This document shows, piece after piece, positions 12,291 to 24,384 of a stretch of 64,000 nt of DNA. The stretch spans positions 744,001 through 808,000 of the forward strand of contig JBLDXI010000004.1 of NCBI GenBank assembly GCA_047495785.1, written 5' to 3'. The translations under genes were made by a program, and so were the position numbers. Below the pieces are notes generated by a model. It saw only the letters and a program-made list of their open reading frames with translations, was not told the DNA's origin and did no database searches. Positions within the stretch are counted from its first letter, which is position 1. Each line of letters opens with the position of its first letter. This stretch comes from Lepidodermella squamata. Lineage: Eukaryota; Animalia; Gastrotricha.

Positions 12291-13129
12291 ATAAGACATT
12301 CAGAGAATTGTACTTTATTAATTGTTTAATTCCAGCAGGTTACTCCCGGCTATGTTCGCTGTGTTACGGTTTTAGACCTGCGATAGTTTCAGCCGCCAGC
12401 GATAGTTTCTCCAATGCCTACAAAATATAGCTATGTTGATAAGTGAAATAATCCTGTTTAGGACAATTTTCACCGTTGGCGCTTTCTCAGCCGATGACGC
12501 TGGTTGGCGCGAAAATTCTTCATATCGGCGCTGATGAAAGAAGCACATATGCAACTCAATTGAAACAATTTAAGCCTTTAACGATTTCTGATAGCTCTAA
12601 CACCTTCCTTCATTGACCTTTCACCACGTCGTCCGGCGTGGACTTCAAGGTTTCCTGGAATCTACCGCGTTTTTCCAGGATTGACTTTCTCGCTCTCAAC
12701 TTCTCCGGGCATAGATTCGGTTTCTTTCTGTCGTCTCTCGCGGTCTCCGTAAGTTTTACCGGAAAGCATGTTGACGATGATTGGCGCATCTAAATACGGG
12801 CGAAAATGGCGTATTAATTGATTTGATGAGTTAATTTAATATGTCCTGCTTTTTATGTTACTTTGATGATGTTGATTACTGTCGCCCAGTGAGCTGAATC
12901 AGGTAGTTTATGTAAACAGCGACTTCAGAGTGTGAGACTTTTGCTGGAGACTTACAAATTCTAAATTCACGTATATGTTGTGCATTAATATCATAAATTC
13001 AACATTTTCAAAATTGAAAGAGAGGTGTGCGCCATAGTGTGCGGAAATCACGGCACACACCTGCAATATGGCTACGAGGACTTTTTTCCCTGTTTTTTCA
13101 CGTAAAATACCTCGGCTCCTCGGCTGTTT

Positions 13130-13620
13130 TTTTAACGACGATACAATGCTCCTCGAACGACGGAACACGGGCGACGACAACGGGGAGTTCCCCGTCATCA
13201 AAAAGTAGTCGATGTCCCTAGAAGTGCTCTAATTACTGACCTTGCTCCTTTGTCCTGGTTAGATTCGATGACCGCAATGTGGCTGATTGGAATGACACAA
13301 TGACTCACATTATGGTCCGCGCCGTTATAAAATTTCCCATAGATTGTGCATGAATTTTGAATTCTTGAAAAATGATTCAGGAAGGTCAGTGAACCTCCGG
13401 CGGTTTCCGGCGAACATCGATTTCGTCGTCTTCCAACAGGTCGCCTCTTATCCGAGGTGATATTCGCAGATGCGCAGGAAAGCATCATCGCTACAAGGAG
13501 TCGAAAGGCTGCCAGATGCCAGTAGCAGTGATAGGTGCTAGGAAGCGACTTTCTGTGGCCAAGCAGCCGCCACCATCGTACACCAAAGTATTCGATCGGC
13601 GCGTTCCATCAAACACCTCA
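13130..13620 (-). pseudogene. Degenerate CTL-like coding remnants of a different subfamily
   Basis: Minus-strand fragments ...TPCSDDAFLRICEYHLG* and SHCVIPISHIAVIESNQD resemble the C- and N-terminal parts of CTL domains. Stops and frameshifts are present. Confidence 0.3.
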
Positions 13621-14243
13621 CATCGATAAAAGCTTGAGAAAACATAATTAATGATTTAGCTAGAAGAAATTAACGAAATCCTCACTTGATTTTACAGGTC
13701 GCCAATTACAGGTCGAAAGGGTTTCAAAAAGGAGACCGCTACCCCAAGAATACTAAATACAAATGATTACATCGAAGATCGAAAAATCGAAGCTTTAAAA
13801 ATCGAATTCTCGAAAAATGAAAATATGGCCAAAATAAATAAATTGTCAACTAAGCGAATGATGGTCCATCTCATTAAATTTCCGTGTTAGAATCGAGAGA
13901 AATTTGTTGATCTCGTTCTCCTTTTTCGCCAACAAGACAAAACGTGATTGTCCACGCCCCAGTCACATCAAAGCGCATGGCAATTTTTTTATAATTGGTC
14001 AATTTAGGTCATTTTTTGTCCTAATTGTACTATTGCGTAACTCCTCTAACAAAGCGAACAAGGTCGTATTCCGAATTTACGCAAACAGTCAAATTATTGT
14101 CCTGTGACTCATTTGCACGATTTAGTTGCAAATCTACGTCATTCTGAATTTTCCCTGCGATTTTTTAAGGAATATCCATGGTTGTGTCTGCTTCTATCTA
14201 AAAAAGCTTGATTATAACATTGCGTACCTCAGTTATGTTAGGC

Positions 14244-16390
14244 ATGATGAATCTTTTCCTTTCAATTATCCTATGGCAAATGATAGCCTCATCGCCATCG
14301 TTGGCAGCGAGGTCGCGATGCTTCTCAGTTTTCAATAGCGAATTTAACGGCTGTAAAAATAATTGCTCATATCAGCTAGAGTACCAGGTGATCATCGAAT
14401 ATTTGGCTCCATCCAAGCAATTGCTTTATTTTCTTCTGTTATTAAAGACTGGGGTTCCATTTTCTTCACGGGAGAACTGCCGAAACGGGGTGAGTTAACA
14501 CTTATCATTAGGTTCTTCATTCTTAAATTCGTCAGATTTTTCTTCGTTGCAGGACGCTATACTTTGCTACAACTACAAGACTTACAGCGTTAAATGCATT
14601 CAAGACCGATTCAAATGCAACGAGCGCCAAGTTTGTAACCAAAACATAAATGCTGATAAAATCTGATTTCTCTATCGTAGGATCCAGGAGACGAGGCGAC
14701 GTCGTTTCGCAATCTGGAAGCATGCTTGAGGGGTGAAGGTAAATTTGCTTAGTTTTCAGGATGAACTGTTCAAATTCTGCTAAACAGTTAACCTTGCACT
14801 TGAAAAAAATAACCCCTGATCAGCCCCCTGATCAGGGGTTATTTTTTTCAAGTGTTGAGCATCTGGCGAGCAGGCTGTGTTCCGGCGACGGCAACCCAAG
14901 AAATGTCGAGTCTTCACGTCAACACAGCGAATGTAGGAGCTATGACCCCTGATCAGCCCCCTGATCAGGGGTCATAGCTCCTAGTCATTAGGGGGTAATA
15001 GCTGATCAGGGGGTAATATGCACCCTGATCAGGGGTTATATTGAAATGAACCCTAATCAGCTCACCCTGATCAGGGGTCATTTTGCTTCCAATATTTGCT
15101 GATAATAATCACCTGTAGCGCCCCTGATCAGCTGCTGATCAGCAAATTTAGTAAAATTTCAAATTTTTTAGAAAAATGGCAGCCTTTTTCATTTTTATTT
15201 TTATATTATTTTTTGAATAGCCGGTTGATCAAGATTCGCCCACCCTGGTTCCATCCATGCCATCGGTGTTATGGTATGCCACCGGACGCGGCAACTACCT
15301 AAACATGGCAGGGTCTTATGATGGCACTTGGTAGAGCCACTTGTTAGAGAGAGAAGGACTTATTGCTAAGTAAACAGCTGAAGTAATAGAGTTCGCGTGT
15401 GAAATAATTTGCTTTTTCGAAAATATGGACCTTCCGACGCAAGCCTGAATTGAACATGCAGCCTAATTTGCATATGCACGCTTGGTTAATTATCGAATGC
15501 ACACTTTTGACCCCTGATCAGCAAAGTCATGCTGATCAGCCTGAAATGACATGGATTATCAGCTGGCGACTGTTGATTATCAGGGGTTGTCCCTTTTTCG
15601 TCCTGATCAGCAAAATGGTTTAAACAGGTGACCCCTGATCAGGGGTTATTTTTTTCAAGTGAACTATACGCGCCTCGGGCCTTTTGCCAACAAAGACTTG
15701 TGCCTTAAAGGGGTGAGTCATTAAGCCGTGAATTGACGAAGGTTGTCTCTCAATTTCGTTTCATTCCAGACTGCCGTGCTTTGCAACACCAGGTCGGGCA
15801 AAATTTGCAGCGCTTTTCGCGAAGAGGAATCGCAAACAGTATTGTTTGAATTTCTGTTCATGACTCAGTTTCTTAACGAGTTTTACAGGAAACCATTTAC
15901 TCAGCTTCACAAGACTTCCCGACAAACTATGCTCAATGTGAACGGAGCCGAGTCTCTTCTGGGAACCATACAGTTTATTTTTCTTCTTGAATTCGTAAAA
16001 TCCTATGGAGACTTGACCGAAAGAGCGTGCGAAGAATTTCACTGTTGCAATAACGGATGCTGGAAGATTTACGCAAGACGATGCTGGAAGAGCCTGTTCG
16101 AACAATACAAACTCTCGCTTAGCTTTGATCAAAACTGAAGCTCAACGGCAAGCTGTCTACGCCGCGATGACGAACGCCTCGATCACCACTGCTTACATCG
16201 GCTTGTCGAAAACCAAGGACCAGTGGCTGTGGGGGGACAGTTCAGCCTATGCTGACATGCCACACTGGGCACCTGGCTTCCCGTCAGAGGCTAAGATGAA
16301 CCGATGTGTTGGGATGGCGAGCATCCTTGATGCAGCTGTGCAAGTGACCAATGGATCTTGCGTTTCGCCTTCATTTGCGAAACTCTCTGA
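14244..16390 (+). pseudogene. Cys-module/CTL family gene (paralog of 58029-59672), disrupted
   Basis: ATG 14244 (MMNLFLSIILWQMIASS). Exons 4-5 of the paralog are deleted, exon 7 is broken by a CAC-terminal MITE with an inversion, and there is a short deletion near the CTL C-terminus (~16372). Confidence 0.85.
14797..15661. mobile_element. CMC/EnSpm-like MITE complex with CCCCTGATCAGGGG repeats, rearranged
   Basis: Termini CACTTGAAAAAAATAACCCCTGATCAG (14797) and its reverse complement ending at 14854 and 15661; many CTGATCAG palindromes. Comparison with the paralog at 58811-58945 gives a 2-bp AA TSD. Confidence 0.8.
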
Positions 16391-16983
16391 CATGTTTTTG
16401 ATATCTCTCTACAAATTATTATTGACTTTTGTCCTCCAAATATTTAGAGCAAGCTTAGCTTCACTTTTTTTTAAATTAGTCATAAATAGTTCAGAAGTTT
16501 CGATCGATTCGGATAAGCGCCAACAAATGACTGTAATTTATATAGAAATTTATATCAAGGCCTTTTTCAATAATTCTAAGAAGCTATTGAAACTGGTGGA
16601 GGCGATTTCTGTATCCTGTCAACGCGATCGGAAAACCTGTTTGATCTAGTTCTCCCTTTAGCTAATGAGACAACAAACTATTGTCCAATCGCAAAAAAAT
16701 TCAGAATTTGTTTCGATTGTTCTTTCCAGTTTAATTTTTAGATAATCAAGGACAATAGACAATATTTTTCTCTGGTCTGGAAAAGCAAACGAGGTCAAAT
16801 TCCAATCACAGAAAACAAATTTATCCTTTTTGAATTATCGGCCTTGGCCTAGTTTTTTTGGTGATTAGCTTCATGATAGAGATATGATTTCTCCGTAACC
16901 TTTTTCACTAATTGAATTTTCACTCTAGCGAATATTGAATTTGTTTTCAAAGATTTTCCTTACTTTTAGACACTCTTTTGAAA

Positions 16984-18681
16984 ATGTTTATCCGCATCTG
17001 CCTGTCGCTTCTTGTCTTAAACGGCCCGTTGTCCACATATGCGGCGAAATGGTTCCGTTGTTTCTCAGTTTTTGATAACGAATTCAAGGGCTGCCAGACT
17101 AACACTTCTTGCGGGCAATACGCGTACAAGGTTACGTTAGGGACTTATTTTGTTCAACCCAGACTATTAACATCTTCCGTGTTTCTAGTCAGACATTACT
17201 TTCCATGAATCCGCCGATTGCGAAAAAGGGGTGAGTTGGAAAATATTTTTCCCGAATGTTCTTTTAATTTCTTCACTGTGAAGAGAGCTCGGCTTTGCTA
17301 CAACTATGTGGAAGTCAGCTATAGGTGCATCCGGGGCCGATTGCAATGCAACAGAGCCAACGAGAGCCAGGTTCTGCTTTTCTGAAACTTTTTCAAACTT
17401 TCAATACCTTCAATCAATTCGCAGGCTGATTTCTACGATCGAAATGAAAAATTTGGCGATAATTGGGCAGAGTGTATGAATGCCGCGGAACGCTTACCCG
17501 TGAGTTGAAATTGAAATTATACTCAAAATGAATTACAATTGCCTTTCGTCTTTTCAGTTGCAGCCATCTGAACGCTGCTTCTCTGGTGGCAATTTCGTTG
17601 CGTGTTTCCCTTTCTCTCTTGGCTGCCCACTAAACTTGGTAATTTGACAACGGGAATGTTATTACAGACATTTTTTCGTTTATCAAGGACTTTGACATGG
17701 ATCTACCTACCTACAGCAATCTGGACTTGTGTTTGAGGGGAGTAGGTAAAGTTCAGGCTGACAAAATCTAAATATGTTCAACATTTATTTTTTTCAGCGC
17801 CTCCTTCTGTTATCGATGATCAAAAGCCGCACGTTCGATGCATGAATGAAAACACTGGCGAATTTGTAGCTTGCCGCCGCAAAAACACAGGCTGCTCACC
17901 AGATGTTCAGATGAACGCGCCGCAACCCTTTGCCAGCAAAAACATGTGCCTGAATGGGGTGAGTAGTAAGTACTAAACTTTCAACCAACCGACTTTTTTC
18001 CCATAGTTGAAGTTCAAATTGTAATATTGCTGAAATAAACTATATTTTTGTGACTTTTTCAGAATGCTGTGCTGTGCAACACCTCTGCCGGCATTAATTG
18101 CCGGTCGTTTCGCCCCAGGGAAACTCACATAGTTAGTTTTTGAAATAACTGTTTTTTGTATTTTTCATAAAAAGTCCCTCATAGATAACGATTTATTCTA
18201 AATCGAAAGACTTCGCAACTAACTATGCTCAATGTCTACGAAGCCGACCCACCGTTCGCGATTTTGCTTCTTTCCCTTCCTCCAACTGAATATCCTTTTT
18301 AAGCCTGGGACAAGCTACACTGTTATGCGAGCGAATGCTGAATTATTTACGCAAGACGATGCTGGAAGAGCCTGTTCGAACAATACAAACTCTCGCTTAG
18401 CTGTGATCAAAACCGAAGCTGAGCGACAAGCAGTCTACGCCGCAATGACGAACGCTTCGATCACCACCGCTTACATCGGCTTGTCGAAACCTAACGACCA
18501 GTGGCTGTGGGGTGACAGTTCAGCCTATGCTGACATGCCACCCTGGGCGCCGGGCTTCCCGTCAGAGGCGAAGATGAACCGCTGTGTTGGGCTGGCGAGC
18601 ATTCTCGATGAAGCTGTGCATTTGACGGATGGGTCTTGCGTTTCGCCTTCGGCCAGCGCCTATATCTGTGAGACTTTGTGA
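16984..18681 (+). CDS. Intact 10-exon secreted protein: signal peptide, five Cys-rich modules, C-type lectin domain (388 aa)
   Basis: Exons 16984-17130, 17189-17230, 17284-17370, 17425-17499, 17558-17638, 17688-17745, 17798-17958, 18063-18131, 18185-18253, 18304-18681. All introns are GT-AG and the joined frame is open from MFIRICLSLLVL to YICETL*. Exon boundaries are mirrored in paralogs. Confidence 0.88.
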
Positions 18682-18885
18682 TGCGCTTCAATATTATCGT
18701 CAGCAATTGATATTTCTTGACTTCAACTTACTCTTTCTTCTTTTTACTTTATGCAAACTCTTTCCTCAAAACAAGCGTAACCAATTTAAGCAAGATGAGC
18801 TCAAATTATCTCCCTGTAAAAATTCTTCGCTAATGCAATATTTTTTCCCACTCGCATGTGGCTCATTTTCATCATGTTTTAGAAT

Positions 18886-21824
18886 ATGAATATGTTTATT
18901 CGCCTCTGCCTGTGGCTCCTTGTCGCAGACGCTCAAATTCTGCCAGTTAGGAATTTTTAGTCCGACATTTCGTTCAATGCTCTCCAATATTGCCGTGATG
19001 GGGTGTGTTTGAAAATAAATTCCTATGGCGGGGGAACCAGTGTGTTGCGGTCGTATGACTAGCGCTCAATGTTCGCACGCCTATTGCGCACTGGAATGAA
19101 ATAATGATCTGAGAAATCTAATTCGCTTACTGCCTGAGCAGCGTAGAAAGTTGGATTGTTTCATGTAAGATTGATGAGGGGTTCTCGATCATTCCAAGGT
19201 CTTCCAAGGAAAAAATTCGCTCGCAGAATCACTCTCACTCCAATTCTCATTCGAGCAGGCACAGAAATTTGGCTAGTTTCAAGTTTCGATTGATTTTTTA
19301 CTTAATTCGGCTTCGAGACTCCTAAAATAGTCACCTGCGAGCGAACCTTACTTAAGCGAACTTCAGAAAGCGCTAATAGCAGTATCAAACGCGGTCAGCT
19401 TACAGCCCCGGCCATCCGCACCCGCCATATTAGGAGCACACTTACAGGTGATGGCTTCCTTCGGGTCTCCACTGCGGATCTCCGGCTACTGCTGCCTATT
19501 GTTTGACTGGATTTGCTTTTGCTTTGAAGGGCGCTCGAATTTGCTACAACCACGCGGACTACAGCTATACGTGCATTCGGGGCCCATTGAAATGCAACAA
19601 TACCAACAACGAGATCCAGGTTCGTGCTGTCAAGACAATGCGTCTTCTTTTTTCATTTCATTTTTGTTTTATCGAATTTGCTGGCTGGAATTTTCAATGA
19701 CGCTGGTCCATTCAGGAGCCATTGGGCAGGTCAATGCCACAAGAATATTGCCGGTAAGTTTAAAATAATTTACCGTCCCAATCGTGTGCCTCCACATTCT
19801 TTAGCCCAGTGCCTTCACATTCTTTAGCCCAGTCAGTAGAGTCATTTGTTGTTCTTTGGTAAGAAAATGAAACTAAAACTTGTCTTTCAATTTCAGTTGC
19901 AGCCATTTAAACGCTGCTTCTCTAGCAGCAATTTTGTTTCTGTTATCCGCTATCTCTCGGCTGTCCAAAACATTTGGTAATTTGACAGTGGTGATAGTTC
20001 CGTCACTAGTGCTATTCTTTCTTATTTTGCCAGGACGCCAACAGCGAACTACCCACCTACAACAATTTAGAATCTTGCTTGAGCGGTGCAGGTAAGCGTT
20101 CACGTTTTTTTCTATAATTTTAGCTTCAATAGACGACTGTTATGAAACGTCGAATCAATGTTAATCAGTGTTACAGTGGGGGTTAATTTCGAAGTAGTGA
20201 TGCGCGCCGATTATTTTTTCTTTAATCGATTAAAATTCGATTTTCACGATATTCGAATCGTGTTAATCGCGATTAAATCGTCAATCGAATCGCCCGACAA
20301 ATCGAATTGATTAATCGTGGGCGCTGTATTAAATTCAAGTAAAATCATAATCAGATAGGCTTGTTTGTAACAATTATTTGAACGCGCTTCGAGAATTACC
20401 ATCAACTCGTATCCTCAATCTGACAATTCCACGGGATTCTACGCAAAAAACTGAGTAATTCTAGGTGTTACTCTACCTAAATTGGTTTTGGTAATGCAAA
20501 ATAAATTGAGTGCAATAAAGCAATAAATTTATTAATTAGTACAAATTATCTCCGGAAGTATGATGGCTATTGAAATTCTGAAAACAGATTCCGATTCCTC
20601 GTGAAAAACTACCCCTCCCGGGGTAGTGGTTTCGACATGAAAGGAGGCGCATTTGCCGATTTCTTTGATTTTTACAGCCCAGTTAACCTAATTGTTGACT
20701 TGTTGACCTAATTGTATAAGAATCATAGCAATAAAAAAGGCTAATGATGGGCAATTTAAAACTGGCGCCTGGTTTTTTTGCCAGATAAAGCCAGCTCTAT
20801 CCGATAAAATCGACATTAGCTAATGACAGCTTTGAAAATACCTAGTCGTCTTTAGCTAATGTCGACTTTACCGGATAAAGCTGGCTTTATCGATAGAATC
20901 GACTTTATCATAAAGACAGCTACGAAAATAACCTCCAGTGCCTCTTTTAATATTTTAACAGTGCCACAATCAGTTATTGATGACCTAAAGCCGCATGTCC
21001 GCTGCAAGGATAGGAAGACTGGCGATTTTGTGGCTTGCCGTCTCGAAAGCACAGGCTGCTCACAAGATGCAAAGATGTTCGCACCGCAGCCTTTTGCCAA
21101 CAAGAAAATGTTTCTGAAAGGGGTGAGTACATTAAAGCAGCTGCGCAATATTTTTTCCGGAGCTTTTCTTTTTTGATTTCTTTGATTTTTTGATTTTTTT
21201 ACAATGCTGTGCTATGCAAGAGCTCATCCGGCGAAACCTGCAATGCTTTTTGCCGGAGAAAATTATATATAGTTTGATTCCTCATAGTTATTAAACCTTT
21301 TTTCATGCCGAGTTTTTCACAGGCAGCGGTCTATTCGGGTTCGGCAGACTTCGCGACTAATTATGCACAATGTAAACGTAACCGAACTACTGTGAGTGAA
21401 TTTGTTACATACCTATTATCAAATTGAAGTTTACCTCAATCAGCCTGGGAAGAGCTACACTGCTATGCGTGCAAATGCTGAAACTTTCACGCAAGATGAC
21501 GCAAGATCGGCATGTTCGTACGAAACGAACTCGCGACTGGCTGTGATCGAAATCGAAGCTGAGCGGCAAGCAGTCTACGCCGCAATGACGAACGCTTCGA
21601 TCACCACCGCATACATCGGCTTGTCGAAACCTAACGACCAGTGGCTGTGGGATGACAGCTCAGCCTATGACAACATGCCACCATGGGCGCCGGGCTTCCC
21701 GTCAGAGGCGAAGATGAACCGCTGTGTTGGCCTGGCTAGTATCAGCGATGCAGCTGTGTTTGTGCAGGATGGATCTTGCGGTTCGCCTTCAGCTAGCGCT
21801 TACATTTGCGAAACTCTGGGATGA
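18886..21824 (+). pseudogene. Cys-module/CTL family gene with deleted exon-1 core, frameshifts and intronic TE remnants; CTL exon (~21443-21824) still open
   Basis: ATG 18886 (MNMFIRLCLWLLVADAQ). Recognisable exons ICYNHADYSYTCIRGPLKCN and DDLKPHVRCKDRKTGDFVACR; CTL ORF within 21396-21824. Paralog at 59895-61240. Confidence 0.8.
20194..20335. mobile_element. hAT (Ac-like) left-end remnant in an intron
   Basis: TAGTGATG terminus followed by clustered AATCG/CGATT subterminal repeats. Confidence 0.35.
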
Positions 21825-22208
21825 TCTTCATTATTTCTGCCCATTTCTTCAAACTTCAAATCAGTGATTCGTATTTGTACTCTAAATATCGGTTATGATA
21901 TCTCAACCGATTCCACGTTAAATCGAACTTTAGTTCAGAATTTAGAAGCATGCGCTGATCGATAATTTGATGACCTCCTCATGTGATAGGGATCATTTGC
22001 AGACCCCCTAGAAACGACAAGAAATTCAAATTTCGCGTATCTCTGCATGATTTTCACTGAAAATGTAATGTGTATTCAAAATCAAATGTTCTGGGAGACT
22101 CTCCATCATTGCCCTTGCGTTCATAAATCTGTTCATTCCTTTTTTGGCTCTATTGCTCGTTATTCTGAGAATTGAGAATATTTGTTGTTTTAACATTTGT
22201 TAGGCTTC

Positions 22209-24200
22209 ATGAATCTGCTTAATTACATCAACCTATGGCTCCTCTTCGCTGGCGCTCAGCGTTACCCACCTGAGGTATTGTGGCGTTGCTTCTCGAGTTT
22301 TCAAAACCATTACAACGGCTGCTAAGACAATTGCAGGCCAGCCGAATAACAGGTTATTACCGTCATTCAGTTTCATTGTGTTAAAACTTGATTATCAACA
22401 TTTATCCTAGATCAGGTACGCCCAGTGGCTTAATAGAATAGCCGGCTGCCTTGCTGGTGTGCGTTGGAACATAGTATTTGACGAATTTTTGTCATTTTCT
22501 CTACTTTGTAGAACGCTCGACTATGCAACAAACGTGTTGGATAAAGCTTCAGGTGCACTCCTGACCGATTGCAATGCAACAAAACCAACGACCATTTTTT
22601 GCTCATTTTTTGTTTTGATCGTAGATTATCGATTTTCGTGTTTGCGTTAACAGCATTTTCCTTGAGTGGAATCTCCCGTATTCCGTCAACTGAGTCTCGA
22701 CAACTCAGCCACGACAACTCAGCCTTTAAAATTATTTGTTCAATTTGCGACATCTCAGCCCGCGACAACTCAGCCTTTTCCAATTCCTAATAATATCGCG
22801 ACAACTCAGCCCACGACAACCCAGCCTTTATTCAATTGTGAAAATACCCAGCCATATTACCATGCGAGCGGAGCGAGCATGTGAGCCGGACTAAGTATTT
22901 AAAAGGCTGGGTTGTTGTGGGTTGAGTTGTCGCGATATTATTAGGAATTGGAAAAGGCTGAGATGTCGCAAATTGAAATAATAATTTTAAAGGCTGAGTT
23001 GTCGCAGGCTGAAAAGTCATGGCTGAGTTGTCGTGGCTGAGTTGTCAAGGACTCAAATGTCTGTAGACCGAATCTCCACCCAGTAATTGTCATATGATTT
23101 ATCGATTTCCGAGATCAGCTATATATTTGATGATGATGAGCTCATGAAAGGGCGTTACTTCGGTGATTTGTATGTGAGTTGGCGAAAAGTAAAATCGAGT
23201 CACTATTTCTTTCTTGCCTCTTAAACACCTCAAGAAGTGGCTCCAGAGGCCCGACACCAAACCATGGCTGAAAATCCCACAATTGATTTTGTGAAAACTG
23301 GAACATCCACGTTTCTTAAACATTTCAGTCGTCTTATTTATATGAGTAATTTTATATTTTATATCAAATTATCCCCCGAATTCAAACAATTCAATTTCTC
23401 GCGAAATGCTTATTAGTGAACAGCTAGAGATCACGATGGACTGAAAAATTGGTCAAATAATTGAGCGGAATAATTGAACTGATTCCGCTTATATACGCTA
23501 AGAACAAACAGATCGAAGGGTGCCGCCTGAAAACCGCTGGCTGCTCGCCCAATATCGAGCTGTTTTCACCACAGTCTTTCGCTAACAAGTTCAACTGTCT
23601 CACAGGCGTAAGATTCAAAGTTGAATTCGATCATAAGCTTAATTTGAATTCTCTAGGTAGTTATGCGGTGTAAAACACCGCTTCGCAAGTTCTGCAATGG
23701 ATTCTGCCAGCAGGACTCACAAATCGTAATATTTCGGCCTAATTATGCACTTTTTTGCTCTTACACTGCTTTTCCGCAGGAAGCCGTATTTTCAGACTCG
23801 AGAGACTTTGCAGATAACTACGAGCAATGTCTGCGTAGCATTGGCCCAATTCTCAATTTGGGGTCAGCACGGGTTTGTAAATTTCATTCACAATAGTTTC
23901 TAAGCTTTAAAATTTGGGGTTGTACTAAAAGGCCTGACCGGATCCAAAATGAATTACTACCTAAATTGTGGGAAACAACCCGCCGAAGTTACGAGCGCCT
24001 ACTTGGATTTATCGAAAGAACTAGGTGGATGGACGATAGCAGCGTGTATGATTCGATGCCACCTTGGGCGCCTAACTACCCGAGGCGGAGGACATGCGTC
24101 GGGATTGCCAGAATAATCGACAAAGCATTGTACCTCACCGATGGATCTTGCAAGCTTCCTTCGGCTTTGCATTTATTTGTGAAACTTTTTGTACACAGTC
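22209..24200 (+). pseudogene. Cys-module/CTL family pseudogene
   Basis: ATG 22209, in-frame TAA at 22323-22325 after RCFSSFQNHYNGC. Later exons (GCRLKTAGCSPNIELFSPQSFANK; DFADNYEQCLRS) and a partly deleted CTL (WMDDSSVYDSMPPW...LTDGSC). 5' and 3' halves may derive from different paralogs. Confidence 0.75.
22677..23069. mobile_element. Palindromic MITE built from CGACAACTCAGCC repeats
   Basis: Arrays of CGACAACTCAGCC on the left and GGCTGAGTTGTCG on the right, centred on CATGCGAGCGGAGCGAGCATG. 8-bp direct flank GAATCTCC at 22669-22676 and 23070-23077. Confidence 0.8.
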
Positions 24201-24384
24201 ATGTTGTCGAAAAACTTATGCAGACTTGCGTAAAAATAATTTACGGAGCTTGGACAAAATAAAGCGGAGGATCTCTGTGTGATTTATCCCTAATTCCACG
24301 ATTAAAAAGCAACGATCCCAGATTTACGTGTCGTCTGGCTTGCAGATCATCATTTTTTCACCGCCAATTTAAAATGTTGGCCAG

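Noticed and set aside
12300-12800. Coding-like minus-strand stretch (RQKETESMPGEVESEK...; LEKRGRFQETLKSTPDD...)
   Set aside because: Broken by stops and frameshifts, with no recognisable domain; cannot be assigned without a search.
14797-15661. CRISPR-like array (repeated palindromic CCCCTGATCAGGGG; also 22677-23069 and 38853-39120)
   Set aside because: Irregular spacing or too few units, both orientations present, TIR/TSD context, and no cas genes in a eukaryotic locus.
23061-23070. TGTAGACC near the duplication start as a remnant of a second LTR
   Set aside because: Only 8 nt match the LTR start, and it coincides with the MITE terminus bounded by the GAATCTCC duplication.
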